DNA of 64,000 nucleotides from Minisyncoccota bacterium (GTDB lineage Bacteria; Patescibacteriota; Minisyncoccia; Phycocordibacterales; UBA918): NCBI GenBank assembly GCA_041389025.1, contig JAWKSP010000001.1, positions 256,002 to 320,001 of the forward strand, read 5' to 3'. Shown piece by piece: positions 17,047 to 25,556 of this stretch (position 1 is its first letter; each line of letters starts with the position of its first letter). The notes under the pieces were generated by a model. It saw only the letters and a program-made list of their open reading frames with translations, ran no database searches and was not told where the DNA came from. The position numbers and the translations under genes were made by a program.

Positions 17047-18514
17047 ATTTAAAATGAAAAGATTTAGCGAACAAATACAAAATAAATCAAACAGCCTTAA
17101 GTTAAAGGTTGGTGAAAAACGTGAGCTTAGGGAACGTCTGGTTTCTTATATGGAATATCACCCCCTACCAAAAGCGGTTTCGACAAAAGCTTCGACAAAA
17201 GCAAAGAATAAAAAAGAAGTCTATTTAGCCGGTGAGTCGGTTCGTGTTTTAAATTTTAATAAATTGCGATTTTGGCAATGGTCAGGGGTTTTTGTGGCAG
17301 CGATTTTCTTAGTTATACCTTATGTAGCCGAAAAATCAGTTCCGGGAGATGCACTTTATGCGGTTAAAGTTAATTTTAATGAAGAAATAAGAAGTACTTT
17401 GGCTCGCAGTTCCTATGAGAAGGTGGTCTGGGAAACTGAAAGACTAAACCGTCGTATTGCGGAAGCTCGGCTATTGGCGGATGAGGGTAAGCTGACTGAC
17501 GAGATGGAGGAAAGTGTAGCAGAAGCAGTGCGTGTTCATAGTGAAAATGCGCGTAATGAAATAAAACATCTAAAAGAAACAGACGAAGGAGAAGCAGTTT
17601 TAGCTTCTATTCAGCTCGATACAACAATTGACGTACAATCAGCTTCTTTACGAAATATCGGTAAAGCCAGTTCCACCGAAAAGTCTGCAACTGATAAGAT
17701 TGCTGATGTTTTAGCTTTAGAATCTAAAGCAGTGGATGAAGAGAAAAGTATTAATGTAACACCTTCAAAAGAACGCTTAATTGCTCAAGTTGAAAGAGAA
17801 ACGACTAGGGCTTACGAACTTTTAAATAGTATTAAGACTTTGGCTACTGAAGAAGAAAAACATGATATTAAAAGACGTTTAGAAGATATTGATAGAAAAA
17901 CAAAAACTGCTTTAGACAAATACGATAACGAAGAAGAATCTGCTCAAGATGATATGTTGGAAGTGTTGCGGTCAGCTCAGAAGTTAATTGTCTTCATGAC
18001 TAATATTGATGTGCGGGAAACAGTTACGGTTGATGAAATTGTTCCGGTTACTTTAACTGAAGAAGAAAGAGTGCTTAATGTAAAAGAAAAAAGAGACAAG
18101 ATTGCGAACTTAGTTTCTCAGATTGAATTAAAGTTAGAAGAAGGTCTACCTAGTGAACTAGAAGGAAAAATTGAAGGTGTGGTTATAGAAGCAGAGTTGG
18201 TGGTTGAAGACGTTAATACGATTTTATCAGAGAATAATTTTGATTTGAATGAGATTGAATCGAAAATTAATACGGTTTATGATGTTGTTTTAGATTCAGC
18301 TGAATTAATCGGTTTAAATGAAACTAAACCAAAGATAGATAAAGAAGTTATACCGGTTGATAAAAGTACAACTACATCAACAACAACTGATATAAATACG
18401 GAAAATGAAGAAAACAAAGCCTCTACAACTGATGGTTCGGATAAAAAAATAGAATCTACTGATTCTACTAATAGCAACGCTTCAAGTACTGGTGATAATG
18501 ATTTAGTGGAATAG
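17036..18514 (+). CDS. putative membrane anti-sigma factor (DUF5667-like) with T/S/E-rich C-terminal tail
   Basis: Start is translationally coupled to the sigma-factor stop. Single transmembrane helix (FVAAIFLVIPYV). An extracytoplasmic domain begins PGDALYAVKVNFNEEI and is followed by coiled-coil and low-complexity sequence. Confidence 0.55.
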   Translation: MTNKFKMKRFSEQIQNKSNSLKLKVGEKRELRERLVSYMEYHPLPKAVSTKASTKAKNKKEVYLAGESVRVLNFNKLRFWQWSGVFVAAIFLVIPYVAEKSVPGDALYAVKVNFNEEIRSTLARSSYEKVVWETERLNRRIAEARLLADEGKLTDEMEESVAEAVRVHSENARNEIKHLKETDEGEAVLASIQLDTTIDVQSASLRNIGKASSTEKSATDKIADVLALESKAVDEEKSINVTPSKERLIAQVERETTRAYELLNSIKTLATEEEKHDIKRRLEDIDRKTKTALDKYDNEEESAQDDMLEVLRSAQKLIVFMTNIDVRETVTVDEIVPVTLTEEERVLNVKEKRDKIANLVSQIELKLEEGLPSELEGKIEGVVIEAELVVEDVNTILSENNFDLNEIESKINTVYDVVLDSAELIGLNETKPKIDKEVIPVDKSTTTSTTTDINTENEENKASTTDGSDKKIESTDSTNSNASSTGDNDLVE

Positions 18515-18520
18515 TATTTG

Positions 18521-18549
18521 TTGACAGAAGAGTTGGTAAAAATTATACT
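18521..18549 (+). promoter_or_regulatory. consensus sigma-70 promoter (TTGACA-N17-TATACT) driving leaderless peptide P1
   Basis: ttgacagaagagttggtaaaaattatact. The ATG at 18557 lies 8 nt after the -10 element, so the transcript should be leaderless. Confidence 0.65.
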
Positions 18550-18556
18550 TATGACT

Positions 18557-18643
18557 ATGCAAAATATTGCAAATAATTCTAATTTAAGAAGTTTGAGTAT
18601 TACTTATACTTTTTGGTTTTTTAGCTGGCTTTTGAGTCGGTAG
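18557..18643 (+). CDS. small hydrophobic peptide P1 (28 aa), member of a 4-paralog family
   Basis: MQNIANNSNLRSLSITYTFWFFSWLLSR, a paralog of P2-P4. Not on the ORF track because it is under 60 aa. Confidence 0.55.
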   Translation: MQNIANNSNLRSLSITYTFWFFSWLLSR

Positions 18644-18670
18644 TTGTTTGTAGTGTTTAAGCTAACTAAC

Positions 18671-18695
18671 AAAAACCGGCTCGAGCCGGTTTTTT
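18671..18695 (+). terminator. intrinsic terminator after P1
   Basis: aaaaaccggctcgagccggtttttt. Confidence 0.75.
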
Positions 18696-18702
18696 GGTTG
18701 TT

Positions 18703-18744
18703 GGCCGAAGGGAAAATTTTAAGCTTAAAATTTTCCCTTCGGCC
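18703..18744. repeat. long palindrome with GAAAATTTT...AAAATTTTC core (copy A)
   Basis: ggccgaagggaaaattttaagcttaaaattttcccttcggcc. The core is shared with 19715-19758 and 20270-20309. Confidence 0.7.
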
Positions 18745-18910
18745 GCCAATTAATTTGCGGTCGAATATATAGTTCTTTAAAAATAAAACGTAACTTAATT
18801 ATAATCATTAATTATAAATATCAGTTACAGCTCTAAAAATTTAAAAATATTTTTAAATTCTTAGGGCTGTAACTGAGGTGTTTTTGTAATGATTTAAAAG
18901 GAGAGTAATC

Positions 18911-19465
18911 ATGAATAATACAAGATTTATTAATTGGTCAGTTGTTGAGATTGATTTAGATTCTAATTCTGATAATAGAGATTTCCCTGATTTAAAAGTG
19001 TTACCAACTTTAAATGATTGTCTTTCAGTGTTTTATCCAGACAGACAGTTTTCAGGTCAGTTTCACTTAGATATCGTTGAAATAAATATCTCTGAGTTGA
19101 CTGAAATTTCTGGGCACAAGATAGTGTCAAAAGAAGATATTTTTGAGGCGGCAAAAAAAGCTGGATATAGTTTTTTTCCAAATGGTTTTGCTTTAGCTTT
19201 TTGTAGACAACAAAAGGAATTAATAAAAAACCGTCTTAATAAAAATGAGCACTATCACGTTTTGGTTAAACCATTTAGGTATTTGTATAGCGATGGGGCG
19301 ACTCTAAGTTTGTTGCGAGATTCAGATGATTCACTTTGTTTGTCCGCCAACTCAGGATTTCCATCTGCTATTGAGCCTGACAGTGTTTGGTTGATGGTTA
19401 AGAGTTTGGAGGTCAAACAAATGGACGGGATTTTGACTCGTAATAAAAAATTAGTCACGGTTTAA
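18911..19465 (+). CDS. hypothetical protein (184 aa)
   Basis: Good ribosome-binding site (AAAGGAGAG). No recognisable domain. Lies between P1 and P2. Confidence 0.5.
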   Translation: MNNTRFINWSVVEIDLDSNSDNRDFPDLKVLPTLNDCLSVFYPDRQFSGQFHLDIVEINISELTEISGHKIVSKEDIFEAAKKAGYSFFPNGFALAFCRQQKELIKNRLNKNEHYHVLVKPFRYLYSDGATLSLLRDSDDSLCLSANSGFPSAIEPDSVWLMVKSLEVKQMDGILTRNKKLVTV

Positions 19466-19509
19466 TTCAAGTTTACAGTTTTATTTAACGCGAGGTTGTG
19501 ATAACCTCG

Positions 19510-19538
19510 CGTTTTTTATTTGACAGGATAGATGGTAA
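19510..19538 (+). promoter_or_regulatory. consensus sigma-70 promoter (TTGACA-N17-TATACT) driving leaderless peptide P2
   Basis: ttgacaggatagatggtaaaaattatact. The 3' 15 nt are identical to the P1 promoter. ATG at 19546. Confidence 0.65.
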
Positions 19539-19545
19539 AAATTAT

Positions 19546-19653
19546 ACTAATAATTATGAAAGCAAAAACAGCGACTGTTTCATATGGTGTAATAGAGCAA
19601 ATAATTATTTCAATTATTAGCATTATTATTAGCTTTATGAGCGGGTCGGTTTT
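19546..19653 (+). CDS. small hydrophobic peptide P2 (35 aa)
   Basis: MKAKTATVSYGVIEQIIISIISIIISFMSGSVLFL. Confidence 0.55.
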
Positions 19654-19676
19654 GTTTTTGTAAAAGATAATCAAAA

Positions 19677-19703
19677 GTAGATAAACAAAAATCCGGCCAC
19701 AGG
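19677..19703 (+). terminator. intrinsic terminator after P2
   Basis: aaaatccggccacaggccggatttttt. The same hairpin sequence recurs after P4 at 22055-22084. Confidence 0.75.
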
Positions 19704-19714
19704 CCGGATTTTTT

Positions 19715-19758
19715 GAAATTGAGTGATTGATTGGTGAAAAATTTTCTAAAGAAAATTT
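19715..19758. repeat. long palindrome with GAAAATTTT core (copy B)
   Basis: gattgattggtgaaaaattttctaaagaaaatttttcaccaatc. Confidence 0.7.
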
Positions 19759-19833
19759 TTCACCAATCCGTGACCAAGTAAATAAATCATTGATTGGATT
19801 TAGATAGTTCTTTAGGTTAAATAAAATAAGGTG

Positions 19834-19983
19834 GAGGACAACAATGAATAAACATAATAGGCAAGTTACATTTAAATTTGGTAGAAATGAAACCATTGAT
19901 CCTGCTCAAAGAAGAGTAAAAGATATAATTAAAGCGGTTAATAGTCGCAATCGTAAAAGAAAGGAAACGGAACAAAAAACTTA
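19834..19983 (+). CDS. small basic protein (49 aa)
   Basis: MNKHNRQVTFKFGRNETIDPAQRRVKDIIKAVNSRNRKRKETEQKT, with a strong ribosome-binding site (AAGGTGGAGGA). Confidence 0.45.
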
Positions 19984-20061
19984 GGATCATATTATTATGA
20001 ATATAATCAAAAAGCCATGTGTTGATAGAGCATGGCTTTTACTTTTGTGGTGGAAAAAGTG

Positions 20062-20089
20062 TTGACACTCAAATTCATGGGTATATACT
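20062..20089 (+). promoter_or_regulatory. consensus sigma-70 promoter (TTGACA-N16-TATACT) driving leaderless peptide P3
   Basis: ttgacactcaaattcatgggtatatact. The ATG at 20096 lies 7 nt after the -10 element. Confidence 0.65.
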
Positions 20090-20095
20090 GAAAAT

Positions 20096-20203
20096 ATGCA
20101 AACTATTGCAACAACTACAACTTATCGTTCATTCAAGTACATGGTTACGATTGTGCTCGTTTGGGCTATTAGCTATGTAAGTCTGTCGGTTGGCGTGCAA
20201 TAG
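20096..20203 (+). CDS. small hydrophobic peptide P3 (35 aa)
   Basis: MQTIATTTTYRSFKYMVTIVLVWAISYVSLSVGVQ. Closest to P4, sharing the M(K/Q)TIATT start and the SVGV end. Confidence 0.6.
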   Translation: MQTIATTTTYRSFKYMVTIVLVWAISYVSLSVGVQ

Positions 20204-20216
20204 CGAAGGAAAAAAT

Positions 20217-20248
20217 AAAAGGAAATAAAACCGACCAGAAAAAGGTCG
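20217..20248 (+). terminator. intrinsic terminator after P3
   Basis: aaaaccgaccagaaaaaggtcggttttatttt. Confidence 0.75.
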
Positions 20249-20269
20249 GTTTTATTTTGAAAGATTTTA

Positions 20270-20309
20270 AAAAATTATTGACTGATGAAAAATTTTCTTA
20301 AGAAAATTT
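20270..20309. repeat. long palindrome with GAAAATTTT core (copy C)
   Basis: gactgatgaaaaattttcttaagaaaatttttcatcagtc. Confidence 0.7.
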
Positions 20310-20414
20310 TTCATCAGTCTGTAATCACAATAATACTGATTATGGGCTGATGATTCACCTATCCGTAAGGATAAGAGGGAAAGTTCTTTAAATATTTTTA
20401 AAGGGAGAAATAAG

Positions 20415-20612
20415 ATGCGCGATCAAAACAAGGACTCAACTGTGGATGATGTAAAAAGTTCTACAAACAATAATAGTTCAGTTGTGTTAAAAAGAGTTAA
20501 AAGATTAGGTCATTTAGGTGAAGATGTAACCGATTTTGATTTTAATGGTGACTGTATACATAGACGTTCAAGTCCATGGCGTCGGGATCCAAGATTTACA
20601 AATAAAAAATAA
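20415..20612 (+). CDS. hypothetical small protein (65 aa)
   Basis: Ribosome-binding site AAAGGGAGA. Polar and charged sequence. Confidence 0.4.
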   Translation: MRDQNKDSTVDDVKSSTNNNSSVVLKRVKRLGHLGEDVTDFDFNGDCIHRRSSPWRRDPRFTNKK

Positions 20613-20732
20613 AAACGATTCGTAAATTTTTTATATATGAAGACCTTTCGCAAGAAGGTCTTTTTTATTTGAGTTTTTTTTATAATTTGCTAGGGTTAAC
20701 GTTATTATCCAATATCCATTTACATAATATAT

Positions 20733-21842
20733 ATGACCTCTTTTGACCACAGTAGCTTTTTAGCCTCACTTACCAACGCCACCTATACCTTACCAATTTT
20801 AGGTGAGATACAAGTTGGTTCTTGGTTCTTGGCTTTTATAGTATTTGTTGCCCTCACTTTTATTTTTTGGATAGTACGAAACGTGGTGGTAAAGCATCTA
20901 CATAAATTATCCGGAAAAACCGGTACAGATATAGACGATACCGTGATTGAAGCAGTACAGGGAATTAGAGTTTGGGTTTATACCATTGCTTCATTATTTT
21001 TTGCTTTGCAGATGGTTGTTGTGCCGGATTGGTTTGATAAGACTATAAAAGCAATTTTCTTATTTGCCATCGTGTGGCAATTGATAGAAATCGCTCTTAA
21101 GTTTGTTGGTTATTTTTCAGCTCGCTTTTTAGAGAGAGACAGTGATGGTGATGGAGAGGTGGATCCAGGGTCAGCTACCGCTTCACATATGGTTGATCTA
21201 ACGGCTCGAATCGTGTTTTGGGTGCTGGGTATACTTTTTATTCTTTCCAATTTAGGAATTGAAGTCACTTCGCTACTGGCGGGGCTTGGTATTGGTGGTT
21301 TGGCGGTGGCTTTGGCTCTGCAGGGTATTTTGTCGGACTTATTTGCTTCTTTTTCAATTTATCTAGATCGTCCGTTTCGGATCGGAGACTTTGTGGTGGT
21401 GGGAAATGATTCCGGTACTATTCAAAAAATCGGTGTAAAATCTACTCGAATCAAAACCTTGCAGGGAGAAGAGTTGGTGGTTTCAAATATGGAACTCACT
21501 TCAGCTCGAGTAAATAACTACAAAAAAATGAAAGAGCGTCGGATTGTCACTAATATTGGTGTGTTGTATGAAACGCCGTTGGAAAAATTAAGACAGGTAG
21601 AAAGTGAAGTAACGGAAATATTTAAAGATTTGGAAGGTGGACGTCTGGACCGAGTACATTTTACAACCTTTGGAGACTTTTCTCTAAACTTTGAGATTGT
21701 CTACTATATAGAATCTCCCGAATATACTGATTATCTTAATGTTCAACAAAAGTTTAACTTTGAGTTGATGGAGCGTTTTGCCAAACTTAGTATAGAGTTT
21801 GCCTATCCAACTCAGACTATTTTGACTAAGAAAGCTGATTAA
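20733..21842 (+). CDS. mscS: small-conductance mechanosensitive channel (MscS family)
   Basis: Transmembrane helices followed by LAGLGIGGLAVALALQGILSDLFASF...FRIGDFVVVGN...GTIQKIGVKSTRIKTLQGEELVVSN, the MscS pore helix and beta domain. Confidence 0.85.
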   Translation: MTSFDHSSFLASLTNATYTLPILGEIQVGSWFLAFIVFVALTFIFWIVRNVVVKHLHKLSGKTGTDIDDTVIEAVQGIRVWVYTIASLFFALQMVVVPDWFDKTIKAIFLFAIVWQLIEIALKFVGYFSARFLERDSDGDGEVDPGSATASHMVDLTARIVFWVLGILFILSNLGIEVTSLLAGLGIGGLAVALALQGILSDLFASFSIYLDRPFRIGDFVVVGNDSGTIQKIGVKSTRIKTLQGEELVVSNMELTSARVNNYKKMKERRIVTNIGVLYETPLEKLRQVESEVTEIFKDLEGGRLDRVHFTTFGDFSLNFEIVYYIESPEYTDYLNVQQKFNFELMERFAKLSIEFAYPTQTILTKKAD

Positions 21843-21883
21843 TGGAAGAATGTTTTATGACCATAAAACCACACAACAGTAAG

Positions 21884-21911
21884 TTGACAGTAACCAAAAA
21901 ACGACTATACT
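21884..21911 (+). promoter_or_regulatory. consensus sigma-70 promoter (TTGACA-N16-TATACT) driving leaderless peptide P4
   Basis: ttgacagtaaccaaaaaacgactatact. The ATG at 21918 lies 7 nt after the -10 element. Confidence 0.65.
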
Positions 21912-21917
21912 AAAATT

Positions 21918-22028
21918 ATGAAAACGATAGCAACAACCGTTTCAAATTCAAATGAATATCAAAAGCAATGTATTTCTTTTGTGCTCTTTTGGATTTTCAG
22001 TTATTTTGGCTGGTCGGTTGGTGTGTAG
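21918..22028 (+). CDS. small hydrophobic peptide P4 (36 aa)
   Basis: MKTIATTVSNSNEYQKQCISFVLFWIFSYFGWSVGV. Confidence 0.6.
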   Translation: MKTIATTVSNSNEYQKQCISFVLFWIFSYFGWSVGV

Positions 22029-22054
22029 GTGGTTTTAAAAAACTTCTCAAAACA

Positions 22055-22084
22055 AAATCCGGCCACAGGCCGGATTTTGTTTTA
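22055..22084 (+). terminator. intrinsic terminator after P4
   Basis: aaaatccggccacaggccggattttgtttt. Confidence 0.75.
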
Positions 22085-22145
22085 GAATATACAAAATTGT
22101 CAATTGTCGTTTTTAATTGTTCATTACAAAAGGAGGGTTGAAGAA

Positions 22146-23111
22146 ATGAAACTTAAATATAAAGCTGGACTTGAATTGGAAGTATTTACTTTACGTAATG
22201 GTAAAACTATTCCAAATCTAAGTCAAATAATTGATAAAATCAATAAAGGGAAACATTTTGATATTTTATCCGTAGAACTAGGGGCCCGTATGCTTGAAGC
22301 TATTACCCCTACTTATCAAAGTACCGAGGACTTGCTATTGTCGTTACGGACAACAATAGATTGTTTACCATCAGATTGGCAGATTTATTATAGTGCTAGC
22401 GACCCTTACTCTAATGGTGAGGCTGTCGAATTGGTTGAGACTCCAAGATACGTGGCTATTATTAACGCTGTCAGACAAGAAAAATCTGATAGTTGGCAAG
22501 GGGTACTTCAGTTTACCAAATGGTGTTCTCTACATGTAAATATTGGGATCAATCCATGGAGTCCACTTGGTTTACTTATCATGAATACGATAAACAATGT
22601 CGCTCCATACATTGGCTTTATGACTAGGGAAGACTTTCCAGAAAGTAGGGGACACATGGCTATCTGGAGAGGTTGGACTGATGAAGCTAGATTGCCACGT
22701 TATGGAGAAAAATATAATAGTTTTTCAAATTTCTCTAATCGATTTAAATTAACCAAAAAGTTAATTAGGAAAGTTTCAGACGATAATTGGAGTCCAGATT
22801 TAAAACAATCAAGAGACCCGTTTGATAGGAGTGATTTAGGAACAAATTGGAAATTTTGTCGCCCTAAATTATCTGAGAATGGCGTCTGGTATATTGAAAT
22901 CAGAGTCCTACCTTCAATGTCGTTAAAAAATGTGGAAGAATATGTGTCACTGCTCTTATTTGGAATAAATGCAATACTAGAGGGATTTAATCCAGAGGAA
23001 TATGAGGTAACAGACATCGATTTTGCCACTGGAGTAGCTTCAAAAGTCTCTCGACTTTTTCCTGTTAAATCCTTAACTGAAGATGAATGGGAAAATTATT
23101 TTCATTCTTAA
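22146..23111 (+). CDS. carboxylate-amine ligase, glutamate-cysteine ligase family 2 (GCS2/YbdK-like)
   Basis: GLELEVFTL corresponds to the GIELEMQVV motif of YbdK, SLHVNIGI to HVHVG, and WKFCRP...WYIEIRVLPS to WDIRP...VEVRVMD. The start is taken at MKLKYK (ribosome-binding site AAAGGAGGG) rather than 22104. Confidence 0.65.
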   Translation: MKLKYKAGLELEVFTLRNGKTIPNLSQIIDKINKGKHFDILSVELGARMLEAITPTYQSTEDLLLSLRTTIDCLPSDWQIYYSASDPYSNGEAVELVETPRYVAIINAVRQEKSDSWQGVLQFTKWCSLHVNIGINPWSPLGLLIMNTINNVAPYIGFMTREDFPESRGHMAIWRGWTDEARLPRYGEKYNSFSNFSNRFKLTKKLIRKVSDDNWSPDLKQSRDPFDRSDLGTNWKFCRPKLSENGVWYIEIRVLPSMSLKNVEEYVSLLLFGINAILEGFNPEEYEVTDIDFATGVASKVSRLFPVKSLTEDEWENYFHS

Positions 23112-23202
23112 ATTATCAAAGATAGTAGTATACTAACTCTAGTTTCGTGTTAGTGTACTACTTCCTTTTTTATTTTTTAATATTAAATATTTATTAATAA
23201 TC

Positions 23203-23976
23203 ATGGCAAAAGTACTTATAATACAGTTCAAAAAAAATAAAGAGGCAGTAGAGTTTGAAAAAAGGTGTTTTAGTGAAAAATTATATCTGTATAGCGAGTT
23301 GAGATTTATTAATGCGCTTAGCGACGAGGTTGATTGGGGGATGCCGGAATTAATAATGGCTGACTTGGACTGTGTTATATTAAGTGGTTCTAATGAATTG
23401 GATTTTGATGGTGGGCGCCCTGAAGATGATTTGGCAAGAATAACCTCAAAACAATTGGTAAGTAAATTAAGTCCCTTCTTAAGATACTTGTTTGATAAAG
23501 ACGTTCCTACATTAGGTATCTGTTATGGGCATCAACTTATAGGTGCCTTTGCGGGTGTGACAATAAGGTATTCAGAAGAGCAAAAGAAAACTGCTTCACA
23601 CGAGCTTAAATTTTTACTCAATCATGAGGAGATTCCTCTGTTTTCTGGGTTACCAGCTACGATTATTGCGCATTATGGCCATAAGGATGTTTTGGTGGAG
23701 GTGCCAAAGGATGCACAGCTTTTGTTCGATGGTGGCGAACGGTGTCTGGTTCCAGCTTTAAAGTATAAAGAGAACATATTTACTTTTCAGTTTCATCCGG
23801 AATTGACTCATACAGACATAATGAAACGAGCGGTTGATTCCCCTGGGTATTTACCTGAAGGATCAATATTAACTGACATATTTAAACCAGATGATTGCTC
23901 CAATTTAATTGTTAGAAATTTTTGCAAATTTGTTGAAGAAGTTAAAAGTAAAAAACAAGAAATAGCGGGGGCCTAA
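23203..23976 (+). CDS. class I glutamine amidotransferase-like protein (gamma-glutamyl hydrolase/GATase1 fold)
   Basis: GICYGHQLIGAFAG (Cys-His nucleophile elbow) and FQFHPE (His/Glu of the catalytic triad). Confidence 0.7.
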   Translation: MAKVLIIQFKKNKEAVEFEKRCFSEKLYLYSELRFINALSDEVDWGMPELIMADLDCVILSGSNELDFDGGRPEDDLARITSKQLVSKLSPFLRYLFDKDVPTLGICYGHQLIGAFAGVTIRYSEEQKKTASHELKFLLNHEEIPLFSGLPATIIAHYGHKDVLVEVPKDAQLLFDGGERCLVPALKYKENIFTFQFHPELTHTDIMKRAVDSPGYLPEGSILTDIFKPDDCSNLIVRNFCKFVEEVKSKKQEIAGA

Positions 23977-23995
23977 AGGCCCCCGCTATTTCTTG
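23956..23995. terminator. bidirectional terminator palindrome between convergent genes
   Basis: caagaaatagcgggggcctaaaggcccccgctatttcttg, a perfect palindrome. Confidence 0.7.
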
Positions 23996-24110
23996 TTTTT
24001 AAATTAAATAATTGATATCGATATCAATTTAAAGAACAAACATAACCTATAACAAAGTTATGTAGACATGTATGGTATCGTTTGTAGTTTAGATTGCCAA
24101 ATAATAAGTG

Positions 24111-25196
24111 TTAATTACTCAATTTTAGGGTTAAGAGCCCAAGCAAAAAAGGTGTAACTGTTCTTGAAAAAATTTCTGAACGATGGGCAAAATCACCACT
24201 AATATTTTTATCTAGTGAAAATCCAGTCTCTTCTTTTATGGTGCGATCTATGTGTGAAGCAGTAATAGCTCTTAAGCTACCTTTGCCATCGACCTTGTCA
24301 TTACTACGAGTTACTATTACACCTACTACTTCTCCAGAAGAATTTAAAACCGGACCACCAGATGAGCCTTCTGCTCCAACATTGGTTCCGCGAATGGAAA
24401 ATACGTCAGCATAGTTTGAACCAAAAGTATATAATTCAGAAATAGTAGTAGTAGCGCTAACTGGTAGTAAAGGAGAACTGGCCCCATTTTTAAGTAGATC
24501 TGTAGCTGGATAGCCGGCAGCTTGGACTTCTCGGTTTTTCATGGTTCTTGGCATTAGTTTTGTATTTAAAGCTAGAGCCGGAAAACGAGCCGGCAAGGGT
24601 TCTTTATTTATAGATTCTGACACATATAGCAAGGCATAATCACGTTCACCAGTCCCCGTTGGGGCTAAGCTTTTTATTGAATCAATATTCTTCTGCATCC
24701 AAGCTGGTGGTATGTAGAGTAAGTCTGCTTGGTACTTGGCTGTAGCTGGATTTCCGGTACGCACCACGCACTCAGCCTCACCAAGAAGGTTGGTTTTTTC
24801 TAGAAGTAGATATTGAGCTACATGAGCGTTGGTAAGAATAACTCCGTCACTATGCACAAAGAAGCCGGTGCCGGTGGTGGTGCGAATTGTGTCATTAGTA
24901 GTGAAGGTACAATATATATTTACTAAGGCTAGAATAGGGTCATTTATAGTATAGTTTGGTTCTGAGTCAATAACGGTGGCAGCTTGGTATTCTTGGCTTT
25001 TTATAAGAATATCAGGAATATTACTAAAAGTAGTGGGTAAAGAGGGTAGTAGATCAGACTGATTACCTGTTTCTTCGTTTACGATGACAATGTTTCCTTC
25101 GGTAGGAAACCAGCCGGTTATTTTATCTGCTAAATAATTAGTAAAGGCTAGATAGGTACCAAGAATGACTACTATAATTTCAAAGAAAAAATTCAT
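24111..25196 (-). CDS. membrane-anchored trypsin-like serine protease (S1 family)
   Basis: N-terminal transmembrane helix; GTGFFVHSDGVILTNAHV (His), D, and GSSGGPVLNSSGEVVGVIV (Ser) form the triad. No PDZ domain. The start is taken at MNFFFEI; a -10-like TGTtaaaat lies upstream. Confidence 0.75.
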   Translation of the reverse strand: MNFFFEIIVVILGTYLAFTNYLADKITGWFPTEGNIVIVNEETGNQSDLLPSLPTTFSNIPDILIKSQEYQAATVIDSEPNYTINDPILALVNIYCTFTTNDTIRTTTGTGFFVHSDGVILTNAHVAQYLLLEKTNLLGEAECVVRTGNPATAKYQADLLYIPPAWMQKNIDSIKSLAPTGTGERDYALLYVSESINKEPLPARFPALALNTKLMPRTMKNREVQAAGYPATDLLKNGASSPLLPVSATTTISELYTFGSNYADVFSIRGTNVGAEGSSGGPVLNSSGEVVGVIVTRSNDKVDGKGSLRAITASHIDRTIKEETGFSLDKNISGDFAHRSEIFSRTVTPFLLGLLTLKLSN

Positions 25197-25303
25197 AGAT
25201 AAAAATTGAACTTGTGGAAATTTTAACACAAAAGTGCTATAGTTTGTTCGCTGCAGAGTAGCAAGCGAGGAAAAGCTAAATAGTCTTTATTTACTTATAT
25301 TTT

Positions 25304-25374
25304 GCGGGTGTAGTTTAGTGGTAAAACGACTGCCTTCCAAGCAGTAGTCGGGAGTTCGATTCTTCTCACCCGCA
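25304..25374 (+). tRNA. tRNA-Gly(TCC), CCA not encoded
   Basis: Acceptor GCGGGTG/CACCCGC, D-arm GTTT-AGTGGTA-AAAC, anticodon arm ACTGC-CTTCCAA-GCAGT (anticodon TCC), T-arm GGGAG-TTCGATT-CTTCT. Confidence 0.8.
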
Positions 25375-25556
25375 CGAGTACAAAAATGAGCGCACGAAAG
25401 TGTGCCATTTTTGTTCGTGCGGGTGAAGTGAGTAAATAGTTTTGCTCACGTGAAGAATCGAAAAGCGGAGCGATGCCGTTTAAGCGAGCGAGCTGGGGTC
25501 GAGAGTACTTAGTAGAATCTGAGCGGAGCGAAAGATTATACTTAGTAACTCGTGAC

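Noticed and set aside
19516-19896. 126-aa minus-strand ORF
   Set aside because: It runs antisense through the P2 peptide gene, its terminator and the long palindrome. Low-complexity isoleucine-rich translation; spurious.
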